Below, piece after piece: positions 26,356 through 35,675 of a DNA stretch of 64,000 nt. Numbering within the stretch: the first letter of the stretch is position 1; each line of letters starts with the position of its first letter. Below the pieces are notes generated by a model. That model made no database searches. It was not told where the DNA came from and saw only the letters and a program-made list of their open reading frames with translations. The translations under genes were made by a program, and so were the position numbers. The stretch covers positions 156,178,001 to 156,242,000 of the forward strand of contig CM097884.1 in NCBI GenBank assembly GCA_044892505.1, written 5' to 3'. The DNA is from Schmidtea nova (taxonomy: Eukaryota).

Positions 26356-26835
26356 TCATCTTCGAAACAAACAATGCAATTCGCTGTTAATCGGTTTCTG
26401 ACGCAGACGAGCCCAGGAAAACGCAGGTTGTCCTTTCTGGCATTCCTTGCCGAACGGTTTTCGCGGTAGGAATTCGTGCAGACCCAATCGGCATAGCTCT
26501 CGACGGGGGATATGCCCCCAATAAATTACACGGCTTGTCCGTCCATCTGTGTCCTTGATCAGTACGACAAGTCGGCCAAATTTGTTCGAGTACGGCCTTT
26601 GAGAAATCGGCCAGTTCGGTCCTCCTCGATAGAGTATTTCATCGTTTCCTCCGTCCCAGATGGAAAACGGGCACTTTCGACCGAACCCCTGTCGCCACTT
26701 ATATATCTGGCAGTTGAGGGTTCGCAATATCGATGCCGGTAGATCCTTGAGCTGCGAGATATTTCCATTTCGTAGATTCCCTTGTTCCATATTCCGTAGT
26801 TGAGTTAATTGATTCATAAGTTCAGCTGTCGACAT
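26356..26835 (-). CDS. LTR-encoded 159-aa protein of unknown function
   Basis: ATG directly after an AG. The 5'-LTR copy (53041-53415) is truncated by a CGA/TGA difference. Confidence 0.6.
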   Translation of the reverse strand: MSTAELMNQLTQLRNMEQGNLRNGNISQLKDLPASILRTLNCQIYKWRQGFGRKCPFSIWDGGNDEILYRGGPNWPISQRPYSNKFGRLVVLIKDTDGRTSRVIYWGHIPRRELCRLGLHEFLPRKPFGKECQKGQPAFSWARLRQKPINSELHCLFRR

Positions 26836-28436
26836 CTATATTATATTTATTGGATATAAAATATACGAGTTAAGGGGGAAATTCGTTGCTAATTTAATTA
26901 TACTGTATATGATCACAAAAGTTACTTAAAAATAAGATTAATTTGATTTCTCTCCGCCGTGATCTACCACGGTCGGAATAAAGAGTTCATAATTAGTCCT
27001 GTGCTATATACAGCATTCAGGAATTATCACATTTAATCAAGATTTCCGCGCTATATACAGCGGTCGGATTATAACTTGGGAACCGCGCCATATACGACGA
27101 TCGGCCTATTTTTAGTAACTAATTTTAATTTGGATTTTCCGACGCATTCCATCGCGATCGGAATTTATCGATATTAAAATTTTGTAGGCGAGATGCTGAT
27201 TCCGAATGAAATCGGACTTTGGACTACGTTGGATTTTCTCATTCCAGCGAAATTATTCAAATTTATTTTATTTGTTGCTCACTGTTTTTCCATGCGGGAG
27301 GTTCCATTTCAATTCAATTTACTAAAATTTAAAGAATGAACATGCCCTACCATGGGGTGTCCCTCCTTATCAATCCGCCCTCCGCAATCTCCCTATTTGG
27401 CCCTCGACCTCCGTCCGTTGTGCAACCCAGAATTAAATAATTAGTAAATGGTCTGTACTAGACTAAAAATTCAATCAAATTTTCTAAATAAAATTCCACA
27501 TCTAAACTAAATAATAAAAAGGTTGAACCGCCATGTGAGACCCTGAGGCCCCACAACGACGACTCGGACTCCCTCGCCGCGTGAGCAGCATAGGAAGTAT
27601 AGCTATATGCATTTAAGTGTCAATAAAATAATCAATGAAAAAATAAAATAACGTTTACATATAAAATTTTAATTAAATAAAAATCATGGGTACATCATAT
27701 AAGATAAAAAATAACAAAATTACTTCCGTACTTGAATATGTGATTCCTTGTATGAAATTCGGTTTTTTCAAAAATTTACTCAAATCAAAGTTTAGTCTTG
27801 ATCTTGAGTGAAAAGTAAACGTCTATGTCTGTGATTTTTGGATCGGTATTTATACTGATCCGTCTGGTTGGATTGACCAATCAGGATCAGGCCGTCCTTC
27901 AAAGTATTTTTATTATTTTAATCTAATCTAAACATTATTTTGTTTCCTTTTCCGGTTTCTCGCTGGGTGGTCCTGATTTTCCAAGTAATTGATTAATTAT
28001 TTGTACTATTATTTTATTTAATTCTATTTTTTCTTATTTCAGGCCCCCCTTTGCGGTTGTTTACCGGTTTATTTTCAAAATTTCCTTTTACTGAAAATTT
28101 ATCAATTATTATTTGTCGTTTTATTGTTATTTTTAATTTGTTTTTCTTGCTATTTTTATTTTTATTATTTCTTTATTGTTTCATGCTTTTGTTCGTTTTA
28201 TTGTGTTTTTAGGTGATTTGGCGGGCCCAACATCACCCGGGGACCCCTAAAATTGCGTCCCGCAATTAATTATACATAAGTACTTATATTCATCATCCAT
28301 AAAAAGTTTTATAAAGTTATACATGCAAAGAAAAAATCACATAAGGTGATCGAATTTATACATATCATAAAGTTTGTCACTAAATAGTCAAAATGTAATG
28401 ATTTGTCACAATAGTTCGACGAGTTTATCATAATGT

Positions 28437-29006
28437 TTATACAATTTGTTCGATCGTCTGGCTCGCTTGGGGTTGAGTTCGGGTCCTCTCGTTGATCATT
28501 TGTAGCTCGTAGTGGGTTTGAATGTGGTTGAGATGGCTCCTTATTCGTCTTTGAGCTCGGTTATCTCGTCTGGAGGTTTGGTTGTAGATTTTCTGCTTTT
28601 GTTTTAGGATTTTTATTCTATATGAGGCAAGCAGGATTGTGATTGCGATGATAGTTGTGCTGACTGCTAGGATTATGATGATTGCTATGATCCATTTCTC
28701 TTGATATTCTATTTCAGCTTGGGATAGGCTTTTTATGGGTTCTCTACCTTCTTTCAGGATTTTTCGGGTTTCTTCTAGTTTCAGTTGTTGATTATCGAAG
28801 ATTTGTTGGATTTGACGATCTTGATTGTGGGGGAATTTCTGTCGGAATTCGTTGATTTCTTTAATTACTTCTTCGATTAGGCTGTCTACTTTCTGATAGG
28901 TTTTGTCGGGTAGAACTCGTAATTGGGTTTCGGTTAGTTGTAGATCTTCTCTCTGTAGGGTAATGGTTGTTAACCATAGGAGTGTTGCTATTGCGAGCTT
29001 TCTCAT
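28437..29006 (-). CDS. 189-aa predicted type I membrane protein
   Basis: Start MRKLAIATLLWLTTITL (signal-like), a helical ectodomain, TM WIIAIIIILAVSTTIIAITILLASY and a basic cytoplasmic tail. Confidence 0.75.
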   Translation of the reverse strand: MRKLAIATLLWLTTITLQREDLQLTETQLRVLPDKTYQKVDSLIEEVIKEINEFRQKFPHNQDRQIQQIFDNQQLKLEETRKILKEGREPIKSLSQAEIEYQEKWIIAIIIILAVSTTIIAITILLASYRIKILKQKQKIYNQTSRRDNRAQRRIRSHLNHIQTHYELQMINERTRTQPQASQTIEQIV

Positions 29007-29081
29007 TTCTTTTATACATCGGTCAATACAGCTTGACACTTTTTATTTTACATAATTTATTTACACTTGGTTTCCGCACAT

Positions 29082-30143
29082 TTATACAAGGGTTTCGTTG
29101 GGTTCGTGAAAACCTTCGTCTTGAGGTTCCACCTGATTTATGGGGAGTGGCATCCATATTACCGTGCTCCTCCACATTTCGACTTCTTCTCGGTATGTGT
29201 GGGATATCTGGATCTCTTCATCTAATAAGTATTCCAGATAGTTCGCCTGTTCTGTTAGGGTTTCAATTTGTTTTTCTAGTTCTGCCAATTTTTTCTCTCT
29301 CTCTTCCTTCTCCATCATTTCGGTTACTGCTGCTGTGATACTTGTTTCTTTTATTGGTATTGGTTTTTCTGCCAACTTCTTTCTCAGTTCTTCGTTTTCT
29401 TTTGTCAAATTTGTTATGTTCTCTTCATAGCTCTGCCTCGTTTCTTCCAGTCTTTCTTTAGTTCTTTTTAATTCTATTTTCTTCTGGGTGATCACTCCTT
29501 GATATCCATTTATGTCTCTTTTCATGTTTTCCTCCTTGTGATTCCACATTCCGGTCAGCATACCTTTTAATTGTTCTTGATTGGCTAAATCTTCTCCCAT
29601 TCTTTGTACTTGATAAGTTAATTCTTTTATTTTCTTGGCTTGTTCTCTGATGAGTTGTTGTCTTTTCTTACTCCATACTTTATTTGACGCTTCTTGACTG
29701 ATCTTTTGCCCTAATTCCTCTTTTAATTCATCGATCTCTTTAAACAGTTTCCAATCATCGCTGTACGCTGTTCGTTCTATTATCTCCCTTGCTTCCTTGT
29801 AAGAGTCTTTTGCCTCTTTCTTCCAATATCTTGCTTGTTCTGTGATTGACTGAATCTTATGGTCTGTTTTTATTTGTTGTCTATCCCTATCCTCTCGTCG
29901 CTCTTTCATCATCTCTTTGTAGTATTCGTTTTGTTGTCTTAGCAGTTTGTAGACTTCTTCTATTTTTTCTCGACTTCTTTGATTCGTTTTCTCGGCTTCT
30001 CTTAGTGCTTGGGTTTGTCTTTCCAATTCTTCCTGTTTTCGATAATAGGCATGAATCCATATCCCAATCCGCTCCATGTGATTTCTGATCATTTCGTCTT
30101 GATGTACTGTTACTTCTTGTAAGGTTACTTCTATATTTCCCAT
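29082..30143 (-). CDS. 353-aa long coiled-coil protein
   Basis: Uninterrupted ORF with E/K/Q/R-rich heptad-like sequence and the same A-rich codon style as the rest of the element. Confidence 0.8.
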   Translation of the reverse strand: MGNIEVTLQEVTVHQDEMIRNHMERIGIWIHAYYRKQEELERQTQALREAEKTNQRSREKIEEVYKLLRQQNEYYKEMMKERREDRDRQQIKTDHKIQSITEQARYWKKEAKDSYKEAREIIERTAYSDDWKLFKEIDELKEELGQKISQEASNKVWSKKRQQLIREQAKKIKELTYQVQRMGEDLANQEQLKGMLTGMWNHKEENMKRDINGYQGVITQKKIELKRTKERLEETRQSYEENITNLTKENEELRKKLAEKPIPIKETSITAAVTEMMEKEEREKKLAELEKQIETLTEQANYLEYLLDEEIQISHTYREEVEMWRSTVIWMPLPINQVEPQDEGFHEPNETLV

Positions 30144-30256
30144 TTCTATAATTACAGATAAAAAGAATATTTAATCATTTTTTATTTTTATTGTTTTTGA
30201 TTATTCGTTAATTCATATTGTTTCTATACATTTTATTTACATGGTCACTTCCTTCA

Positions 30257-31633
30257 TTACGCCAACCATCCTTTTCTGTCTGTTTTCTCATGCCTCTCCA
30301 TCTCTATGTATAGCGTGTCTGCATATAGTCGCTCCCATAGGTTTTCTTTCCTTATAAACATTGGTTCTCCTGCTGCTAGTCCGCATTCTGTTGTTGGTTT
30401 TTCGCTCGTACTGGTATGTTTGTCTGTTTCAAAGAACTTTTCTACTGGTTTTCCCATACTTTTGATTCTTATAATGACTCCTACTTTCAAGGGCCATTCT
30501 ATTAGGTCATCGTATTCTCCTTTACATAGTGAGAAGAATATTGACACGTGTGTTCCTTGTCCTCTTCCGTCTCCATTTGGGTATACTTTCAATCTTATTT
30601 TAACCCCGTTTTTCCATAAATAAAATGGTGGGCTTATTACTGCTGTTTTCGTCATATTTCTGGCTTCTGCTAGTTTGTCTCTGAAATCTGTTACTTTCCA
30701 TAGGTAAGGTGCGATTGGTAAGTCCCTTCTTTCGTCAATTTCTCGTATTAATTGATTATATTGTATTTTCATTCCTTTTCCTAATTCTTCTATGGCTATT
30801 ATTTTCTTTTCCATTTTTTCGCGAGTTAGTTCAAACTGCTCTCTTGTTTCTAGTAGTAAACTCATCATTATCTTATGTGATTCTACTTCTTTTTCTAATT
30901 TCTGGATTGTCTGTTCCGTTCCTTTTGTCGTTTCGTTTGACATTTCCACATGCGTTAGTGCTGCTTCTTCTAGGTGTTGTTTCATTGATTGCCGCGTCCG
31001 CTTTTCTTTGCATCCCTGTTTGTTATATGGACATTCTCTTGGTCTTTCGGTACATACTTTCCAATGTTCATGTAACTTTACTTCTTCTGTTATTTCGCAA
31101 TTGTTTGGACATTTACTTACATATTGTCTACATACTTTCTCCTCTGTTATATTCAAGTGTTCCTCTTCGATTTTTCTCCTTGTTTCTCGGGCTTCACAAT
31201 ACTCGCATGCGATTTCTTCTTCTTTACATTCTTCCTTGTGTTGTTCTCTCTTCTTTAGAATTATTGTCTGTTGGCACTTCTCGCATTCGGTTCTTTTCTC
31301 CTCGCACTTTTCCATATGGTTTTCTAGATTACTTATTTGTCCTTGCCATGTACAAGGTGTATTTACGCACTCCGTTGTGGTGCTCATAATTTCTCTTTGG
31401 GTTGCTTTGTCCGTTCTGGTTTCGTCCAACACTATTCCTCCTTCTTTACGTTCTGGGCATGTTGTTGTTCCGGTGGTATCTAATTCTTGTATACATTTTG
31501 TACATATTCTACATCCACATATCGTTTGTCTGGGTTCTCGTAATAAATTGTTACATTTTCCGCATGTGAGCCTCTTGCTCCATTTTCTGTTTTCTAATCT
31601 CAAAATTTCGATTATTCGTTCTTCTCTGTCCAT
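30257..31633 (-). CDS. Full-length TRAF-family protein (RING, TRAF zinc fingers, coiled coil, MATH)
   Basis: RING CGKCNNLLREPRQTICGCRICTKC and about five Cys/His fingers. MATH domain YLWKVTDF...SPPFY...YPNGDGRGQGTHVSIFF...GEYDDLIEWP...DTLYIEM. No introns. Confidence 0.95.
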   Translation of the reverse strand: MDREERIIEILRLENRKWSKRLTCGKCNNLLREPRQTICGCRICTKCIQELDTTGTTTCPERKEGGIVLDETRTDKATQREIMSTTTECVNTPCTWQGQISNLENHMEKCEEKRTECEKCQQTIILKKREQHKEECKEEEIACEYCEARETRRKIEEEHLNITEEKVCRQYVSKCPNNCEITEEVKLHEHWKVCTERPRECPYNKQGCKEKRTRQSMKQHLEEAALTHVEMSNETTKGTEQTIQKLEKEVESHKIMMSLLLETREQFELTREKMEKKIIAIEELGKGMKIQYNQLIREIDERRDLPIAPYLWKVTDFRDKLAEARNMTKTAVISPPFYLWKNGVKIRLKVYPNGDGRGQGTHVSIFFSLCKGEYDDLIEWPLKVGVIIRIKSMGKPVEKFFETDKHTSTSEKPTTECGLAAGEPMFIRKENLWERLYADTLYIEMERHEKTDRKGWLA

Positions 31634-31726
31634 TTTCTACAATAATATATACATTCGACTTGTCATTTATTTTTGGATTTTTCTTGTTTTTATTTTTACA
31701 TATTTATAGTTTTCCGCTTTATTTAT

Positions 31727-32083
31727 CTATGGCTCATTCGTTGAATCTGGTTCCGCTTCGTTGTTTAATCTATTTATTACCCAACTCATCCATCCTTCTT
31801 CGGATCCTTCTCTTTCTCCTCGTGTTAAATGGTTTATTTCTATTGCTTGTCTTTGATTGGTGTTGCTTATCGTTTGATTTTCTCTGGTGAGTTCAGTTAT
31901 CGCTCTTTGTTGTTCTTCTATTCTGTGTAATTGTTCAAAACAGTTGTTATAACTTTCTGATAATAACATTTGTCTTTCCGCTAATTGGTTCTGTAATGAG
32001 TTGACTGTTCGTACTAATAAATCACATTGTGCTTTCCATCTCATAGCCATAGTTATTTCAGTTGTTTCGTCCTGTTCGGTCAT
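31727..32083 (-). CDS. 118-aa coiled-coil protein with C-terminal Trp-rich amphipathic segment
   Basis: Heptad-rich core, EGWMSWVINRL near the C-terminus, and AG three bases before the ATG. Confidence 0.7.
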   Translation of the reverse strand: MTEQDETTEITMAMRWKAQCDLLVRTVNSLQNQLAERQMLLSESYNNCFEQLHRIEEQQRAITELTRENQTISNTNQRQAIEINHLTRGEREGSEEGWMSWVINRLNNEAEPDSTNEP

Positions 32084-32208
32084 TTTCTAAATTATATACA
32101 TCATTTACTTTGTTTTTCTAGCTTTTTACAATTTTTATAATATCGATACCCATACTATTACGGTAATGCTTTGTTATTTACACTATTATTTACAGTCATA
32201 ATCCGCCC

Positions 32209-35200
32209 CTATACCATCATTATCGTCTTTTCCTCGTATCGTTCTTCATCTTCTATTTGTTTCCAGAATTCTTTACCTTTCGTTCTTCTTTGAAATTTTT
32301 GCTGTATCTCTTCTGGTATTTCTATTCTTTGCTTCATAATTTTAATATCTGGCCATTGTATGGCTGTCGCTTTGTTTCTCTTTCTGTATCTCCAATATAC
32401 TATTATGCTTGTCGTCAGTATTCCATATGCTATTAATATTCCTATACTCATTAATCCTATTATTGTTTTTCCACGGTTTGTTGCTTTGATTTTATTCTGA
32501 TTCGCTTTAATCTCATTTTGGGTTTGAGCCTCTGGCTTCTTCTCCTTCTGTACTTGATTCTTGACTTTGTTCATTACTTCTTGTGTAGACCAATGGCGGT
32601 TTAGTAGTTGTTTGACGTTATTTTCTTTTGTTCGGTTTTCCATGTTTCCTGGTTCGATCTGTTGTTGTAGTTTCTCTGAGATCTGATATAATCCGCATTC
32701 TGGTTTTTCTGAACCTTCTCTGGTGAAGGTACATATCGCGTATGTCCTATTTACTTCCATTTTCTTTAATTCGACTTTTTCCTTATTCCCTATTTCTTTA
32801 CAGTGGGTTAGGTTGTCTTCTTCCCCTTCTGGGTTATGCTTTGTCCAACATATTCCTTTAACTGTTTGATCGAGTCCTGTTATTGTCAGGGTTCTTTCTG
32901 TCTTTGTTAATTCTTCTTCATCGAATTTCAGTATCTCTCCTTTTTGAAATGTCTTGCACTTTTCTATTCCGGGTTGATCTTCTTGGATTCCTTTCTCCCA
33001 TATACATATACTTCCTTCTTCATTCATTTGTATTTCTTGTATTTCGATTTCCTTGTTTGTTTGTGATTCGTCGCTTGTCTGTACTTGGTATTCCTTCCTT
33101 GGTTCGTTGTATGTTCCCCAGCATAGTTTGTTGCTGCTTGTTTTTCTTATTGTTATGGCCATTTGTTCTATTATTATTCCTCTGTCAAAACGTTTGGACA
33201 TTGCTAGTATTAATGCTATGCATACGCACTCCTGTGGGGGTGATATTCTTTCTCTCGTTTTATTGGTGCTTCTCTCCCCTTCTCTTGGTTTGTTCGTTGT
33301 ATTTTCCTTCTGAGTTGCTGGTCGATCTATTGTGTTTTTGATCTCTTTCTTTGTTGGTTTTACTTTGTACCATTCAAGTCTGGGCGTTTCATATTTTTGA
33401 CATACGACTGTCTTAGGTAGCCCTGACTTCTTTTCCTTTCCTATTATGCATATCCGATGCATGATTCCTCTATCCATCCCTTCTATTCGTATTATATCCT
33501 GGTCGGATTTTCTGATTATGCATTTTAGTGGGTTATCTTTCCCAATTGGTTCATCCTCCCTATTCCAGCATATTTTCTCGACCTCCTGGACATTTACTAT
33601 TTTTATCCCTGCTTGTAGGTTTGTTGCTTCTTCCCTATTGATTAATGTCAATATTATTGTTAGACCCAACCATTTTGAACTCTGCGGTAGGCTTCTGGTT
33701 CGCCTTTCATATTTTTTCTCTTCGCCTTTAATCTCTTTTATTTCCTTGTCTTTGTTGTTTATTCCTAGTTTTCCGCTTTTCGCTTCTTTCTTATTTGGTT
33801 CTTCTCGTGCTTTTTCTTCTAGTATTTCTACTCCATGGCTTGTATTATCTATATTTAGCCATTGGGTTGTTGATTTTCTTGGGCTTATCTTGCGTAGCCA
33901 TATAGCTGATAACGCGATTATTACTGGTATGGTTGCTGTTAATATTCCTAAGCCGATTAGTTCTTTAATTTCTTTATTCTTGTCTGTTTGTATAGGTTCG
34001 CTTTGGTTGAACATTATTCCGTATTGTCCCTTTAGTTTTCTCATTAATTGTTCTCGTTCCTCTTGCTTTCTTTTGACTTCTTTGATAACTTCTTCAGGTG
34101 TCCATTTTGCTTGAGGGTCGGTTATTGTTTTTTCTACGTTCATTTGTTCATTCGTTTGGCTTAGTTCCCTGAATTCGAGTTTCCTTGTTATTCCTTTTGA
34201 TGTTGCGTTCGCTGGTGTATAGTAGGTTTCGCATCTTTCTTGTTGGTTTCCTAGTGCGTCCGTTTTTTCTATTGTACATACTTCGTACTCGCTATTAAAT
34301 TGTAGTTTTTCGATCTTGATTTCTTTATTTGTTTTTCTGCACTCTCTTGATTGTCTTCTTATATGTTTTTGGACTATTATCCAACATATCTCCAATGTTT
34401 TATTCTCTATTTTCCATAATGTCAGAGTTGCTGATGTCTTTTTCTCGGGTTTTGTCGTAACTTCTTGGCTTATCGGTTGTTTATTGTTTTTAAAGGTAGT
34501 GGTGTACTTCGGTTTCCCTTTGTTTCGTTGTCTTCTTTTATTTTTTCGTGTTATCGTTTTAGTTCTTGTTCCGGATGAAGTGGTGTATATTCCGCATTCT
34601 AGATCGTTTATCGTTATCTGATCATTTTTCTTTACCAGACATATTTCGTAAGTTTGTTTCCTTTCTAAACCTTTTATTTGTATCGTCGTTGCTCCTGTGC
34701 TTGTTCGACATTGTGGTGTCTTTCTTTCATTCGTCTCTTTTTCGTACTTCCTCCAGCATACTCCTTTCACATTTGGTTCTATTTCTTTTATTTCTAATGT
34801 TATGTTTAGTTTCTGCTTGATTTGTTTATTTCTCTTCCTCGTTCTCCTTCTGAACTTTATTACCTCTCCAGGTTGGAATGTTTTACATTTTGTGGTACCT
34901 TTCTTGTTCCTCTCTTTTTCAAGTAGGCATAGTTGGTACATCTTGTCTGCTCTTACTTCGGATACTTTAATTACTTTGTTTGTTGTTGGCTTTCGACTTT
35001 TCCTTATTTCGTTTACACCGATTTCTTCGTCATTCCTCGCCCAACATTTTATGTTAGTGTTCTGTGTATCTTCCACTTCTGTTATTGTCATAGTTTCAAT
35101 TTCTATTCCTTCCTCTAATCGTTTTATTATTATTAGTATGAGTGCTAAGCATAATACTTCCATTTGGTAAGACACTCTTTCGGTTTCGTTTGTGGCCACT

Positions 35201-35640
35201 CTTGCTTCGGGCCTCTTTATTGTAATTCGTATAGTTGGTGTTGTTTGCTTATCTATTGCCTGGGGTTTTTTGTTTTCTGTTCCCTGTGTCTCTGTTCTTC
35301 CGCATTTTCCAATGATGTAATCTCCTTTGGGTGACTGTTGTATTGTCATGGCTGCTTTAGGTGTTTGGTATTTTGCACATGCGATTGTGTTGTGTGATCT
35401 TGGATGCATTTGTTTCCTAACGGTGCATATTTTGTACCAGGTATCTAGATCTAAGTCATTTATCTCTATGATTTCTTGCTCGTGTTCTGAGATTCTGCAA
35501 TCCATCGGGCTATTTTGTTCCGTGACTTTGTCCTTTTTCGACCAACATACTCGTTCGATTCCTTTTGCGTTTTTTATTTGTATTATTGCCCTTTCTTCAC
35601 ATGTCATTCCTTGACTTGGATTAATTAACGTTATAATCAT
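32209..35640 (-). CDS. 1143-aa membrane protein with about seven FN3-like Cys-containing repeats and two TM segments
   Basis: Repeats of CW...C...I..L....Y.IC...C (e.g. IEINDLDLDTWYKICTV, IQIKGLERKQTYEICLV). TMs are LIGLGILTATIPVIIALSAIW and IIGLMSIGILIAYGILTTSIIVYW. The FN3 assignment is by motif resemblance. Confidence 0.75.
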   Translation of the reverse strand: MIITLINPSQGMTCEERAIIQIKNAKGIERVCWSKKDKVTEQNSPMDCRISEHEQEIIEINDLDLDTWYKICTVRKQMHPRSHNTIACAKYQTPKAAMTIQQSPKGDYIIGKCGRTETQGTENKKPQAIDKQTTPTIRITIKRPEARVATNETERVSYQMEVLCLALILIIIKRLEEGIEIETMTITEVEDTQNTNIKCWARNDEEIGVNEIRKSRKPTTNKVIKVSEVRADKMYQLCLLEKERNKKGTTKCKTFQPGEVIKFRRRTRKRNKQIKQKLNITLEIKEIEPNVKGVCWRKYEKETNERKTPQCRTSTGATTIQIKGLERKQTYEICLVKKNDQITINDLECGIYTTSSGTRTKTITRKNKRRQRNKGKPKYTTTFKNNKQPISQEVTTKPEKKTSATLTLWKIENKTLEICWIIVQKHIRRQSRECRKTNKEIKIEKLQFNSEYEVCTIEKTDALGNQQERCETYYTPANATSKGITRKLEFRELSQTNEQMNVEKTITDPQAKWTPEEVIKEVKRKQEEREQLMRKLKGQYGIMFNQSEPIQTDKNKEIKELIGLGILTATIPVIIALSAIWLRKISPRKSTTQWLNIDNTSHGVEILEEKAREEPNKKEAKSGKLGINNKDKEIKEIKGEEKKYERRTRSLPQSSKWLGLTIILTLINREEATNLQAGIKIVNVQEVEKICWNREDEPIGKDNPLKCIIRKSDQDIIRIEGMDRGIMHRICIIGKEKKSGLPKTVVCQKYETPRLEWYKVKPTKKEIKNTIDRPATQKENTTNKPREGERSTNKTRERISPPQECVCIALILAMSKRFDRGIIIEQMAITIRKTSSNKLCWGTYNEPRKEYQVQTSDESQTNKEIEIQEIQMNEEGSICIWEKGIQEDQPGIEKCKTFQKGEILKFDEEELTKTERTLTITGLDQTVKGICWTKHNPEGEEDNLTHCKEIGNKEKVELKKMEVNRTYAICTFTREGSEKPECGLYQISEKLQQQIEPGNMENRTKENNVKQLLNRHWSTQEVMNKVKNQVQKEKKPEAQTQNEIKANQNKIKATNRGKTIIGLMSIGILIAYGILTTSIIVYWRYRKRNKATAIQWPDIKIMKQRIEIPEEIQQKFQRRTKGKEFWKQIEDEERYEEKTIMMV

Positions 35641-35675
35641 TGTTAGTAATAGTAATTCTGGTTTGAAGAATGGTT

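Larger units (their letters stand above)
25100..28232 (-). repeat. 3' LTR (3133 bp)
   Basis: Direct repeat of 51680-54812. I saw five substitutions by eye; a formal alignment is needed. Confidence 0.97.
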
